Below are positions 1-12,590 of a DNA stretch of 64,000 nucleotides, one piece after another. The position numbers were made by a program, and so were the translations under genes. Source of the stretch: Parasitella parasitica NRRL 2501 (taxonomy: Eukaryota; Fungi; Mucoromycota); contig MU619281.1 of NCBI GenBank assembly GCA_025201805.1, positions 118,596-182,595 on the forward strand, given 5' to 3'. Below the pieces are notes generated by a model. It saw nothing but the letters and a program-made list of their open reading frames with translations. It was not told where the DNA came from and searched no databases. Within the stretch, counting starts at the first letter, position 1, and each line of letters opens with the position of its first letter.

Positions 1-660
1 TAATATTCCATTTCACTAGTCCTCGTCTATCTCTCATCTGTATGCTTTTGGGACTGAGACTAATTACGCCTCTGTCTGTAACACGTATTTGTCGAACTTG
101 CTCATCTTTATGCGCTTTCCATGATGTATATCGCTGTAGTCCTTTTCCATAGTATGAACACACTCGACCCTACAGGCGGGTTGGATTATTCGATCGTTTG
201 TTTGCGATATAAGCACTTACTGAATCGTTACCAACCCACAGCAGCTCATGATAGGGATCCCAACAAACAGCAGAAGCTGGAGACACTTTATTCAAATTGG
301 TATCGCAGATATGCTGAACTTGGCTCCAAGAACTATCCATGGATGACTTATATGTGTGCGTATATGTGAAAAAGAGTGTTTCCGGTTTTGCTTTCTGCTT
401 TATAACAAGAGTGACGTCTTAAATCAAACTTCATCCATGACCATCCAAGCTATTCTTATGCTCTTATACATTGATCAAGTGATCCCTTAATGTCCCTTGG
501 TCCATGTATTAGAGGCTATCTTTAACAGCAAGTTTTTAAACTCTTTCATTACCGTTATGTCGATCTATGCAAGCATAACAAACGGTTTGCTGCTGCTAAG
601 ATGATCTAGCTCATTCCCATTCTGTTGTCATGGAAACCACCCATTTTGACAGCTTTGATT
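1..660 (+). mobile_element. Possible highly degenerate non-LTR retroelement fragment
   Basis: Stop-riddled coding-like sequence. The stretch [19 protein letters not shown] loosely resembles the YLGxPF..G.LD segment after the RT core. No YADD motif is visible. Confidence 0.2.
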
Positions 661-839
661 TCAAAACATTGCTATCGTTATCTAGATGATAAACATGTTA
701 CTAGGCAGCCCAATGTTCATAGTTTAAATAAGAAAAATAAAATAAATAAATAGATGAGGCCGAGAGGGGTTGATGAAAAATTAAAAACCAGGTGAAAATA
801 TATAAAACTTCTTCTCTCCCTTCTTCATACTAGAAAAAT

Positions 840-2295
840 ATGGAAAAATACTCAAGATGGAGAGTAAGCAATGATAAAACTGAGATTTAGTTTCGACGCG
901 CAAACCCATTTCCATTAAAAAAAAACCAATTTAGGATGCTGGTACTGGTATTCAACCTTTCTTGCCTCCAGTTGTAAGTAGGCATTTTGCTTCATCTCTT
1001 GGACCAAATTGACGCTTTACTCCCGCTGTAGCCTCCTCGCACAGATTCTAGTCTTTTAATTACGCTGTCAAATGTCATTCACATCATTGTTGGCCCTATT
1101 CAGGGTATCATTAAGTTAGTCTTGATCGGTTTGGTCACATTGCTATACATCTTGAGCGTACATGTTATTGGTACATTGCTGGTAAACAAGTATTATGGCC
1201 TTTTTTTATATCTTAAATTTGCCAACTAAGTCAGCATGTTAGACACCTGCAGCTCCTCTAAAGCGGATCTGGTCAAGACTGTTTTCTGCGATTTGCCTTC
1301 GACTTGTATTGTTCCTAAGCGGTTTCTTTCACATCAAGACCGAAACTGTCTCCATTCGCAAAAGGTTGGTTTTGCTCGTTTTCACATGTCAATTCTGTGT
1401 CTATATAAAACACTACTAACTCAGTTCTGTGCATTTCAGTCGTGGTTCTAAAGGGGTCGAGTCGCCAAATATCAAACATGGCGATGTGATTGTAGCTAAT
1501 TGGACTTCATACATTGATATCATCTACCTCGCATCTAGGTAATTTGGCATCATCATAAAGATAATCACATGAAGCTAAATCTTGTCCTTTCAGGTTTAAC
1601 CCTGTGTTTACTCAAGTCTTTATGGACACCAAAAAAATCAAGGTCGTCTCACTTTGGGAAGCTATACGATTAGCTGGCAAGATTCCTGAATCGAAGCCAT
1701 TAAGCCAAGATTCCTTGTTTACAGTTCAAGAACTGTCTCTGAAAGCAAAGAAGGGTAATTGGGGTCCTATCATTGTGTTTGCAGAGGTAAGTTTTGACAG
1801 ACTCCCTTAAAAACTAGTGGCGAGGATATTGACGTACGTTCAGGGCACGACCACCAACGGCCGAGCATTATTGAAATTTGCACCTGTTTTCGAGGATTAC
1901 AAATTAAATCAAAAGGATGGAAACTTTCAAATCATGGCATTCAAGTATGAATACGGCAATATGCCTCCTACATTTACGGTCGGAAATCAATTCTTCCACT
2001 TTTTCAAGCTGTGTTCTCAGGTAGCTTTGCTTAAAATGGATACATGTCTGAAATTTTCGCTAATTTATAGTAATAGTTCCACAATATACTTGTAGTCAAA
2101 TCGCTTGCTCAAGGCGAAGCACCATGCTCACCGAATTCCATCGATTCTAGCGCTTTTGATTCTCAAGATCCAGTAGGAGATTTACTCATTTCTTCGCTTG
2201 GAAATGTGTCAAAACTTAGAAAGACCAACTTGAGTATGTCTGATAAACGTGATTTCATTTCTTATTACGAGTCTCGTCAAAAGAGCAAAAAGTAG
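840..2295 (+). CDS. LOA1: Lysophosphatidic acid acyltransferase LOA1/VPS66-like, multi-exon
   Basis: Spliced N-terminus MEKYSRWR|DAGTGIQPFLPP matches yeast Loa1 (MEKYTNWRDNGTGIAPFLP). Also contains NWTSYIDIIYL and the acyltransferase motif VFAE|GTTTNGRALL. Stop TAG at 2293-2295. Confidence 0.85.
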
Positions 2296-2318
2296 AATAA
2301 TAAACCTTGTTTTAATTC

Positions 2319-3295
2319 CTAAAATTCAGTAAGGCCCTCCAAAGCCAACGCCTCCAATGTTCTACTAATAGGCTCGGCGGTAAACCGAGTGCTTTGCTCT
2401 CCGTTGTATATGTCGCCTTCACTATCTATCACTGAGGGATCATCATAGAATCTATTTGCAGAAGACTCTCCAATTGTCCTATTCATGTATTCCACTTGGT
2501 CTAGTCCATCCATCATAACGCCATCCACATCCACGTCTACGTCTACTAGATAGGGGTCTTTAGCATGATCACCTTCACTTCTTTGTCTGGTCGAGTTTTC
2601 AGCGATAGCAGTTGAGGAAGAACTAGCTGCACAAACTTCGTCTGCGACAGTTGTTGCAATAGACGATGGCAATAGAGACGAATCTATGTTGATATCGGCA
2701 TCGCTACTATTTGCTGGAGATAGTAAAGAGGGAGCATTGTTGCTGTTGCTTTTGCTGTTGCTATTGTCGTTATTGTTGTCGTTATTGTTATTATTATTGC
2801 AATTGTTGTTGCTGTTGCTGTTGCTGTTGCTGTTGTTATTGCTAATACTATTGCTATTGCTATTGCTGTTGTTACTGTCATTGTTATTGTTATTGTTATT
2901 GTTATTGTTATTGTAATTGCTATTGCTATTGCTATTGTTGTTACTGTTGTTGTTATTGTTATTGTTACTGTTATTGTTATTGTTATTGTTATTGATATTG
3001 CTATTGATATTGATATTGATATTGATATTGTTATTGCTGTTGCTGTTGCTGTTGCTATTGTTATTGTTGTTGCTATTGATATTGCTATTGTCATTGTCAT
3101 TGTTGTTGCTCTTGCTGTTGTTATTGCTATTGCTATTGTTATTGTTGTTGCTGTTATTATTGCTATTGTCGTTGTTGTTGTTATTACTATTACTATTGCT
3201 ATTGTTACTGTTATTGTTATTGTTGTTGCTGTTGTTATTGTTGTTGATGTTGCTGTTGCTGTTGTTATTGTTGTTGATGTTGCTGTTGCTGTTGC

Positions 3296-3326
<31 letters not shown>

Positions 3327-4283
3327 GCTATTAATGTTACTGTTAACGTTGCTATTGTTGTCGCTGTTGACATTGATGTTGGCGTTATTCAAATTGCTAT
3401 TACTGGAGCCTGAGCGATGTCGAGCAGCAGGTGTATTTGGATCAAACAAGTTGTCCAGCAAGTCTAGAATATACCGTTATCATTATGGCTGCAATTAACT
3501 GCGCACTTCAATACTTGCCATTTTTTCTCTTTTTATAATAATCTTCCTTTTCCTTTTCCTTTTTCTCCTTTAGGTCTTTCAGCTCTCTTTCTTCTTCAGT
3601 CATCATCTCAGGATCCAGAAACTTGAGGCGCAAACTTGTGTGCTTTCTAAAGTTCACTTGACCTCCCCACAACCAAACTGGAAGCGTCGTTGGGATGGTT
3701 ACCTCGAAGCTCTTGAAGTTTTCCACAAATTCAAATTCTTCGCTGGATATGACATTTGTATGCAGATTGCGGACAAATTCTCCCAGAGCGCTTGATATGC
3801 TCCACATTTGTAGTTTCCTCAAGCAGGCTACGACAAGTCCGGTTACGTCTGCGCCATCCAGACAGTGGATATACAGTGGATGATTTGCTGGATCGATCAT
3901 GAGCTAATTTTATTCAGTATTTGCAGATTCATAAAAAAGACGTACAACATTACCTGCAAAGCCATCAGTGTCTTGTTGTATGTCAGTGGTATATTATCCT
4001 CCTTCATCTTATCCACAGTCAGATGTAGCAGACTAATGTTGTTTTCTGTGCAGAATGCTTGCATTTCCGGCATGAATTTCTCAGGGATCAGTGAGAGTAT
4101 AGTCTTTAGTCGTAGTCTACAACATTAGGCGTTTAGCTGCATTTCTTGTTTCGATGGGACTATGTGAAAATACCTCTTTAGAAATCGCTTATTACGTGGT
4201 TTGGGATACCCTCCTCGGAATAAATTCTCTTCAACCATGGTAAATCGAAATGGTGGTATTAAATTGGGTAGTTTTACTGCCAT
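2319..4283 (-). CDS. Siw14/OCA-family (Y_phosphatase2) phosphatase-like protein, OCA6-like, with a long Asn-rich C-terminal region
   Basis: N-terminus MAVKLPNLIPPFRFTMVEENLFRGGYPKPRN, then LKTILSLIPE and YIHCLDGADVTGLVVACLRKLQMW, all typical of the OCA/Siw14 family. The last exon is ORF 2319-3461. Confidence 0.8.
2737..3375 (-). repeat. Coding low-complexity AAC/AAT/AGC trinucleotide tract (about 210 codons, mostly Asn/Ser)
   Basis: Directly visible (ttg/tta/cta/ctg)n on the + strand, in frame in the OCA6-like last exon. Confidence 0.95.
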
Positions 4284-4367
4284 TGTATACAGGTGTATTG
4301 AGGAAACAACAAGCGTAAAATTGTCTCGATTACCAAAACACCTCTGAATGTGACTTTATTATGTGTG

Positions 4368-5564
4368 TTAGAAATTAAGATAGGGCTTATGGGTTGCATT
4401 ATAGCTGTCAAGAGCATCCCAGAACTGAGAGACAGTGGCTCTGTCCATGTGTCGTTTACTTCTGTGGATCTGTGGGGAGGGGCGCAATATCAGTTGAAAA
4501 TTCCTGTTCATTGCACACAGACAACTTACATTTAGTTCAGTAACTGCCCACTCGGACGCAGGAGCATTGACCTGATCAGAATTCCACTTTGGATAGAATC
4601 CTTTGACTAGATACAAAACATGAATGCGCATCTCTCAGCAAACAGACAAAATCGCTTACCGTTGCTGAACAACTCTACTGGTTTTTCCCACTTCCAGCCC
4701 TTGAATTGCCACAGCTGACCAGCAACAAAGATACAACACACACGATCCCTACAAAATAGCGGCATCAGTATTACAGCCTTGCGGCCCAGAGTTCCATATC
4801 CTCTTTACCAGTCAGTCTGTTTGAATTGCGCTACTGAATCCACAATGTGATACGGGACAATTTGTCCATTTGCTTTTTTACGCTCCACTGTAACACGTTC
4901 AGGCTTCTTTAAGCCCTCTTCTCTCAGCACTTGCGAGTCCACATATCTGATTCAAGATTACTATTTGTTTTTTTTTTTTCAAGTCTTGAAACCCTCTCAT
5001 TTTTCTTTTTCGCAAAACTTACATCTGCTCCTCCAGGAACTTTTTGATATTGTATAGTGTGAATTTGGCTGTAGGCGCTGCAGGTACGATAACGAGGGGA
5101 ATTTTGTCTCTGCTGGAGAGTTTGGATCCCTTTGCTGCGATGGCTGATTTTGTTGGTTTGGTGGCGGCATTAGCTGATCGTTGTCCGGATGAGCCAGACT
5201 GTGCTACATGCGTATGAATGTTATACATGTTAATACTTGGCTTTTCTGTGCCCAAATATAAAAAAAAAAGTTACCTGACTTTTGTGCAGCATGGGAGCGT
5301 CCTGCTGGAGCGACCTCCTTCCCAAGGACGAGCTGTTTAGCCAAGTTGATAGCATGCGTAAAGTTCTTTGTTCCCTTCAGCACAGAAGACCGGGTCGTGA
5401 TCTCTCTTTCTCGAGCAAGGACTTCCTTGACAAGCTTTATGGAATCGTCAGACTTTAACGGCGCTACTTTTTGTTTTTTGGTCGAGCTTTCTTCCAGGAT
5501 GACATCTTCTTGCGATCGTTTTTCTGCGTTATATTAGACACGGCTGCGAATCATCGACGAGGGA

Positions 5565-5595
<31 letters not shown>

Positions 5596-5977
5596 CTTTA
5601 CCTTGTTTATTAACAGACGCTACATTGGGCGACTGATCTACTTTGCCGGTAAGGTAATCTAAAATCTTTCTTCTATCGACAATGGAGACGTGTTCGATGC
5701 CACGGGCACGGCATTCCTTGAAATAGGCAGAGTTGTCGAGCTGTGCGTTCTGAACTAGGAAAATTAATGTCTCCAAGGTATATGTTTCGTTGTCGGCTGC
5801 GTTGGTCTTTTTAAAGTTGGTGGGCGCATCGCGTGGAAAGGTTGTCTTTTCGTTAAACTGGATCGTTTTAGCGTCAGAGATGTTGGTCACTGTTTGTCCA
5901 CCTGCGTCGAGTAAAGACACGGGCTTGTTGCTGATGGTGAATTCTCGAAGAAGGGTAAGCGGATCTGCGGTGGACAT
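4368..5977 (-). CDS. CDC73: Paf1 complex subunit Cdc73/parafibromin, multi-exon
   Basis: N-terminus MSTADPLTLLREF...DRRKILDYLTG. C-terminal Cdc73_C motifs: IPLVIVPAAPTAKFTLYNIKKFLE, W|DRVCCIFVAGQLWQFKGWKWEKP and IHRSKRHMDRATVSQFW. Confidence 0.92.
5568..5596. repeat. (CT)n microsatellite within a CDC73 intron
   Basis: ctctct run located between a minus-strand GT donor (aag|gtaaagg) and a cag acceptor. Confidence 0.85.
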
Positions 5978-6320
5978 GGCTACTTGTTTTGTTTGACAAA
6001 GGTGAAAACTGCAGCTTGAGCTTTTTTTGGTTTTTTTTTTTTTTTTTTTATCATCTCAAGAACTCTCCAAGTGACGTCTGCTGCTAGCAAGATGACAGTA
6101 TGCAGCATTCGATTCTACCGAACATGCAAAACTAAGCAGCTAAAAAACGCCTTGGCCACTTTTTTTTTCTTTAGATATTCAGCTTGAGCTTGTCAAATTC
6201 TCATGTTATATAATTGTCTCTGAATTAGGGGCAGTGTTGATTGTTGCTATTTCAAGTGAGAGCTCCACGAGTCAGCCAGGCAGCTCAAAAGAAGCTCTCA
6301 TAAGAACAGAGCAACTCCTT

Positions 6321-7990
6321 TTATTTCGCCGTGTTCTTACTAATCATTGCAATCATTCTGTTGCCAATAACTGTGCTCTCGGCAAATTGGTCCTTAAAGA
6401 AAGCCGCCGTCTCCTCAAATCGCTTTCTGTAGCCTTCCATACTTCCAAGAGACACAGACTCGGCCCAGCCTCTGGCGCATGTAACAAACTCCATATCATC
6501 AGGGCGAATATCCTTGCGGTGCAAAGCCGCATTAATGGCATCGTCCAGCATTGCTTGGTTACGAAACAGATACTCTGTAATGCCCCTATGTTAGCTGTGT
6601 TAGATGCATTTCGGCCCGGCGTAACGAAACTGGTACTTTACATCCACATTCTGAATAACGGTGTTTGGCACACCAGGTGCTCGTATGGATTCAATTCCAA
6701 CTTGTGCCAACAATCTACCATGGCTAATAATGACAAATGCGAGTTTGGTGTTCGCTGCTCCTTGGGGATCTTCGACAGCGAGAACTCATCCAAGATCTTG
6801 TCGTCCAACAAGATGGGGACATGGTCTTTTTGTAGCCCGCCAAACACAAACTGGCCTGCCTCCTTTACTCGAGCACGGAATTCGTCTTCTTTCTCTTGAA
6901 TCATCAATTTAAACAGGTCGGCTACACTCAATGCATACTGTGTGATTTGCTGGTTGGCGATTGGATTCATGATGGCAAGGCCGGCGTACACGTGCCACTT
7001 GTTGCTGTAGATGCGTAGCGCCACGTTGACCTTGACATTTTCAATTCCACCTGTAAAATGAGGCAATAGCCACTATTACCCTTTGTGAATCAAGAAATCC
7101 CTCCAAAAAAAAAACTCTCTGCCTGGACTTACAGGAAACTGAGCATTGGCTCTCCATGCGCTGCCCATGGTTAAAAATGCAGCATGTGTCACTGCCTGTG
7201 TGTCTGCTGTAATACGGTCGTGCTCCTTGGCGCTAAGATGCGCAATGTTGGAATTGAAGCAAGATAAAATCTTCAAAACAAGGTCTAGTTTTTCATCGGT
7301 GGCCCGGTGTTTAATGACAATTAAAGGCTGTCCCTTGGGATCTACACCTGGTCCATGCATAGAGTGGCATGAAATAATGTGTACGTCGTCTGGCAGGTAT
7401 TTTTCCAATGCTTCCACTTCGGGTTTTTTGACAGACGTCTAGAGAAAAACAACATCAGCGTGCCTGTTTTCGTATGCGCTGATCTGCTTGCTATACCTGA
7501 CCGCCTACAATCGCTCCAATCTTTGTGGCTAAAATTAAAGAGCATGAGCCATGATTCCATGTGTTGCAGCTGTGCAAATACCTGGGCCATATTTCTTAAC
7601 AACGGCGTCAATGTATTCTGCTTCAACAGCATACATGATCCAATCACAACGTCTTGAAATATGATATCCATCAGGAAACACTTTGATACTGGTACCTTAT
7701 TTTTTTTTTACCAAGGAAAAAGGTTTAGTTCAATTCACACCAGATCATTACAAATGTTACAATACCTTCAAAATCCTTTTTTGTGCTCTCGTATTTCTCT
7801 GGAAGATCGCAAATGTTCACACTGTAATCAACGCGCACAATGCCCATCGTTAGTCTTATTCCTCAAATTAACATCATTACAGGAGTTACTTTTTCCAGCC
7901 AGCTTTGGACATGGTTTGAGCATAAAAACGGCCCATTCCACCAGCACCAATTATACCAAGCTCAATCGTTTCTTTTTCTTGTTCGTACAT
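6321..7990 (-). CDS. TYR1: Prephenate dehydrogenase (NADP+), multi-exon
   Basis: Rossmann motif ELGIIGAGGMG, plus GGQ|TSVKKPE, SCHSMHGPGV, HDRITADTQAVTH and GGIENVKVNVALRIYSNKWHVYAGLAIMNP, all matching fungal Tyr1. Confidence 0.93.
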
Positions 7991-8417
7991 GTCTGTATGT
8001 AGCAGAGGACAAGAAAAAAAAGAGAAGAAAAAGAACTCTGTGTAGTCATCTCGGGTTGTGCGGGCTGTCAAAAAGGTCATGAAAGAGTCATAACCTTGCC
8101 CAACGCTCCTTGGAATCATCAGCTTGCCATTCAGCACTGTATGCATGCTCTGAATTGTAAAGCTTCAAATGAGCTGATGCTTAAAAGCTGACTCTTGAAA
8201 AAAAAATAGAAAATAGCTGCAGCTATATAGACAGTAGAGGGAATAATCTAAAGTTTATTATCATATACATAATCTAGAGGGATGCAGGGTCATGAAGGTT
8301 GTTGTTACATATGAAAAAGTGAGTAATAAATAGTAAAATTGAAAGAGCTAGTGCCAAGCTTTTTTCTATAATTTGTGTGCATTATATACAGTTGTTTAGA
8401 TGGAAATTTTGGCTCGT

Positions 8418-9689
8418 CTATACGATTCGGATATAGCTGTCCTGTCGGATTTCATCATTGCTCGAAATTAGAGCAGAGTCGTCTCTGGGCACATCAGGGC
8501 CAGAACTGGTAATCTTGATATTTCCATGATATGCAGATAATCTTGCTGGAATTGAAGGCGACAGGTGAAAGGAGCCTATTGCTTTAGGGCTATACATACA
8601 AGTATTCAGATAATTAGTAAGAGCGTCTTATGCAATCCAACCAACGGCCTAAACTTACTTGACTATCACTGTCGTGACAACGAGCGTTGATGCCAGCGTG
8701 GTATCAAACATCAAAACAATGGTCATGGCCAGGTTCAGTTTACGGTATTGCGAAAAATACTCTCTTATAATGCTGTATAAGAATCGAATAATCGAGAATG
8801 AGAGCAAACAAGTGATGCTGATGGACATGATCATGCGGGCCTATTGTAAAAAGTTAGCAACTTGCACCCTTTTTTCTTTTGATTTTAGTATAAAGATAAC
8901 TACTTTGAAAAGCCCATTTTTGATTTTTTCTACGGCTGCCAAATTGCCCACTTCAATTTGGCTGACCAAAAGCTGTTTCAAAATCTTGATCAGTCGTAAC
9001 CCAGCAAATAAAAGCCAAGCCGTCAATATAAGCCAATACACCAACCATTGGTAGTTTCGTGCATCTTCAAACTTCTGGGCCATTTCCAAATTTCCTTGCT
9101 GTATATAAAGAGCTGTCGCAATAAAGCAAGCATTGGTCGTAATAAACGGCAGCGCAATAAATACAGTGCAAACAACGTCGACCTTGTTGACTGACATTCT
9201 GTACCACCTACTTCCAATCTGCTCATTGCTCTATTATTTGTTCCCATTAGCTTTGTTATGTTTTACGCTATAAGCAACATAAAGTATATGCTTACACTGC
9301 AGATTGTATGAACAAGGCCAAACAAGTAACATGCATACGAACATGTGCAAAATTGCCACGGTAAAACTTTTAACACTATCCATACAATGAATTAGGTTGC
9401 TATAGAACACGAATGTTTACTACGTGGACAACTTACACTCTCTAACAAAGGAATTGGGTGCTGCTGCATCGGTGAGAGTGACGATGGTGTTTAATGTTCT
9501 GACTATATGTAGCCACGTTACTATTGTGTCAAATTATTGATCGATAAGGCCATGTATATTTACGCAAATTAAAGATGATCCCGAACAGCAGCATAGATTC
9601 GATCGGTTTTGGTCGTAAAAAAAATCTATGTGGAAAATCGAATATAGGCAGCTTCATGTTGACTACTCGATGCCACAACAATCCTGAAC
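8418..9689 (-). CDS. Orphan 7-TM GPCR-like protein, paralog 1 (exon 1 presumably in the N gap)
   Basis: Exons 2-7 read in frame: GLLWHRVVNMKLPIFDFPHRFFLRPKPIESMLLFGIIFN / RTLNTIVTLTDAAAPNSFVRE / LPWQFCTCSYACYLFGLVHTICS / ...AGLRLIKILKQLL...KIKNGLFK / ARMIM...LASTLVVTTVIV / NPKAIGSF...RIV*. Confidence 0.8.
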
Positions 9690-9904
9690 NNNNNNNNNNN
9701 NNNNNNNNNNNNNNNNNNNNNNNNNNNNNNNNNNNNNNNNNNNNNNNNNNNNNNNNNNNNNNNNNNNNNNNNNNNNNNNNNNNNNNNNNNNNNNNNNNNN
9801 NNNNNNNNNNNNNNNNNNNNNNNNNNNNNNNNNNNNNNNNNNNNNNNNNNNNNNNNNNNNNNNNNNNNNNNNNNNNNNNNNNNNNNNNNNNNNNNNNNNN
9901 NNNN
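9690..9904. other. Assembly gap (215 N)
   Basis: Run of N. Confidence 1.
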
Positions 9905-11580
9905 TTTCTCTCTTTCGGTTTGAAGATGAAAAGAGAAAGGATGAAATGAAAAATAAATGAAATGAGTTAATGAAACATGATTTGTAAGGGTCAAGGAGGT
10001 GAAAACAGACATTTCATTTAGCAGATATACCCTAAAATGGTCTATCATTGTTTGCATTTCGTACAGTTTTTGATTTACATACATGCTAATGTCACAGGTA
10101 AAAATTTCAGTAAAAAAAAAAAAAAAATCGTATAAATATAGTTTATTGAATTATTCATTGTTCTAATATTGAATGTCATCTGATCTAATATCGATGAGAC
10201 AATATGCTGATGGTTTGCTAATAAAAACAATGAATTAAAGTACTGGAGTGTGAAAAAGCCAATGATTTGTACTTTCATTGTGCAGATGCAGATATGTAGA
10301 TAAAACTCTGCTTGCTTAAATTGGAAGTCAGGGTTTTTGCTGTACAAAACTAGATGCACCAGTTTTAAAAATGTCTTCTAATAGTACTCTGCTGCTTCCT
10401 TCTCAAAACAAAGAAACAAGAAGAAACACCCGCATTAGTGAGCATTCCTAGAAAAACATCTTGATGAATAGAGTTACCAAGGTTTTTATCTTGGTCCACA
10501 TCAGTTACCTACATCATTGATTGACACAGTAAAACCTGCAAAAGACAAGCCGCAAGGTAAAAAGAGTTCCATCAATCGCAAAACTCACCAAAGAGCATAA
10601 CGAATCTGTTAGACAATGACTCTCCTTGAAAATAAAGAAACGTGGGCTTTTGGTCTTCTTTGGAGCTAGCCGGCATGTACAGTTTGGATACTCATGTCTC
10701 GGGCTATCGACACATTTATAGACGGAACATGCTGTACACTGTCAAGAATGAGTTGCATAATGCTATTTTCGCGCTGAACTGAATTCAGAAAATTAGAAAC
10801 ATATGGTACTTTTTCAGTGTATACAGTACACTCTTATCTTCCGATCTTATCGTCCATATCGGAAATAGCCTTTTTTAAAAAAGGCTATAAAAAAGAGGCT
10901 CAATTTGCGCAGCAATAGCTTTTTCCTTTTCCTTTTTCTCTCTCTACAACCGTTCGCGTCCAAACCGACGAGAGAACATAAGCATATTAAGCTCTCACTC
11001 TCATTTGAAACCATCCTTCTAGTAAGGACAAGTCCCGAAAGATGATGTTGGCAATTCAAGTGTTACTGATCTTTTTGTCTCGAAGTCTTTCGCTTGATAT
11101 CAGATCTTGAGGTCTGCTATCGGGTCTAGGGTTTAGCTTACGGATTTTTTAAGCTTGCTCTTTTGCCTGATATGTTGTTAGCTTCCTCGCCAAGTTTCTA
11201 AGAAACAATATTATATAAATATATGAAAATGAAAAATAAAGCGATAAATTGTAGCAGAGCAAAAGTAAAATCGATAATGTTTTGAGTATTAAATAAATAG
11301 TTTAGTAAAGAGGTATATTATATACAAGGTTCACCGTTTTCTGTTGACCAAGTCAAAAGGGGCTATATCTGTAAAAACGTCCTCTACTCCACTATTACTA
11401 CACTATCTGCCAAAGTATCTCGCTTGCGTTCCGTCGCAGTACTTTATGGTTCAATATCTTTTATCGCGATTTTGCGGTATCCATTGCGTTGTGTTCGTCG
11501 TCATCTGCTATATGAATTCATCTATTGCTACGGTTCGTACCATACTTTCCATAGCGTCCCACCCCCTGTATATGAATGTG

Positions 11581-12590
11581 TTACTTGAGTTGCTTTCTGT
11601 CCCATTTTGTGCCCGCAGGTCTAAACCTAGTGCATTTTTTTTTTTCCAGCAACCAGCCGTATTCGCGTGCTTGCATTAGCCTCGACATGTTTGTGGTGTC
11701 CAACAAGAACCCTGATTTTTGATTCTGTTCCAATACCCTCGGCCTACAATCCAACCACCGGTAAATCAGAAGCCACATCTTCAAGCACGACCTCTCCAAA
11801 AGTCTCTGTACATGACGAGAAGGTGAAAATATCAGCCGATACATACGTAGTAGCAAGATCACCGCCTTGCAGATAACCCTGCAAAGGTGACAGGAGTCTG
11901 TCGACGTCTACCACAATCTTTTTGAATAGAGTCAAATGCAGAGCCATGGCATATGGGTGTGATTTATTTGCTTGTAGCTTGTCAGCACTAGCCCTAATTC
12001 TTTTCGTATAAACCCCTTTTTTTACATACAAGATGACGACAAAAGGAATCGTACCAATTTCCTCTGCGTCTCCTCCCTTATCTTCAATCGATCTGAATAC
12101 TGATGAAGTGAAACCATTACCGTATTAATTCCTCACGGGGCCATATCCGAAGAGGTTTGAACCTTTTTGTCGATAAGATGTGCCGTGTAGATACAAATGG
12201 ACAGGCTGTATAAGCGCAATAAGAGTAGCCGTATTGAGTGCAGTAAGTGTCTAAGTTTGTGTGATACGAGGGACGCTCTTGTTTTTGAACAAGCATGAAA
12301 ATACAGCGCAAATATGAACGGGATTGACGAGGTGGATTGACATGCGGGTCGAATTCAAGCAGTTTTTCTGTAAAACCAGGTCTCCACAGACTCAGCTTGA
12401 GCCCGGGATAAGGCAGAAGGGGAATACTGGCATAAACGTCCATGTCATGTACTTTCGGGCACAAACACGATGACTGTATGACCTGTGGCTTGAAGATGTT
12501 CCCAAAAGCCTTGTCAGCGTCCGCGTATCACCATCGATTTTTAGGCATAGGAATTCTCCGTAATGATAGCGATGCGCACTATTGTTTGAA
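11581..12590 (-). pseudogene. Degraded GT4 glycosyltransferase (SQD2/GDP-mannose mannosyltransferase-like) pseudogene
   Basis: Frameshifted pieces: VRIAIITEN..PKIDGDTRTLTRLL..HLQATGHTVIVFVPES, IPLLPYPGLKL.LWRP, SYHTNL.TYC and YVSADIFTFSSCTETFGEVVLEDVASDLPVVG (GT4 E-x7-E signature). Several stops and frame changes. Confidence 0.75.

Noticed and set aside
2684-3498. Poly-Leu (plus strand) and poly-Thr/Ile/Ala ORFs
   Set aside because: Shadow frames of the Asn-codon repeat in the OCA6-like gene.
9575-10084. ORFs spanning the N run
   Set aside because: Artefacts of translating the assembly gap.
10450-11200. Coding-like composition between paralog 1 and the GT4 pseudogene
   Set aside because: Many stops in all frames and no motif I can assign.
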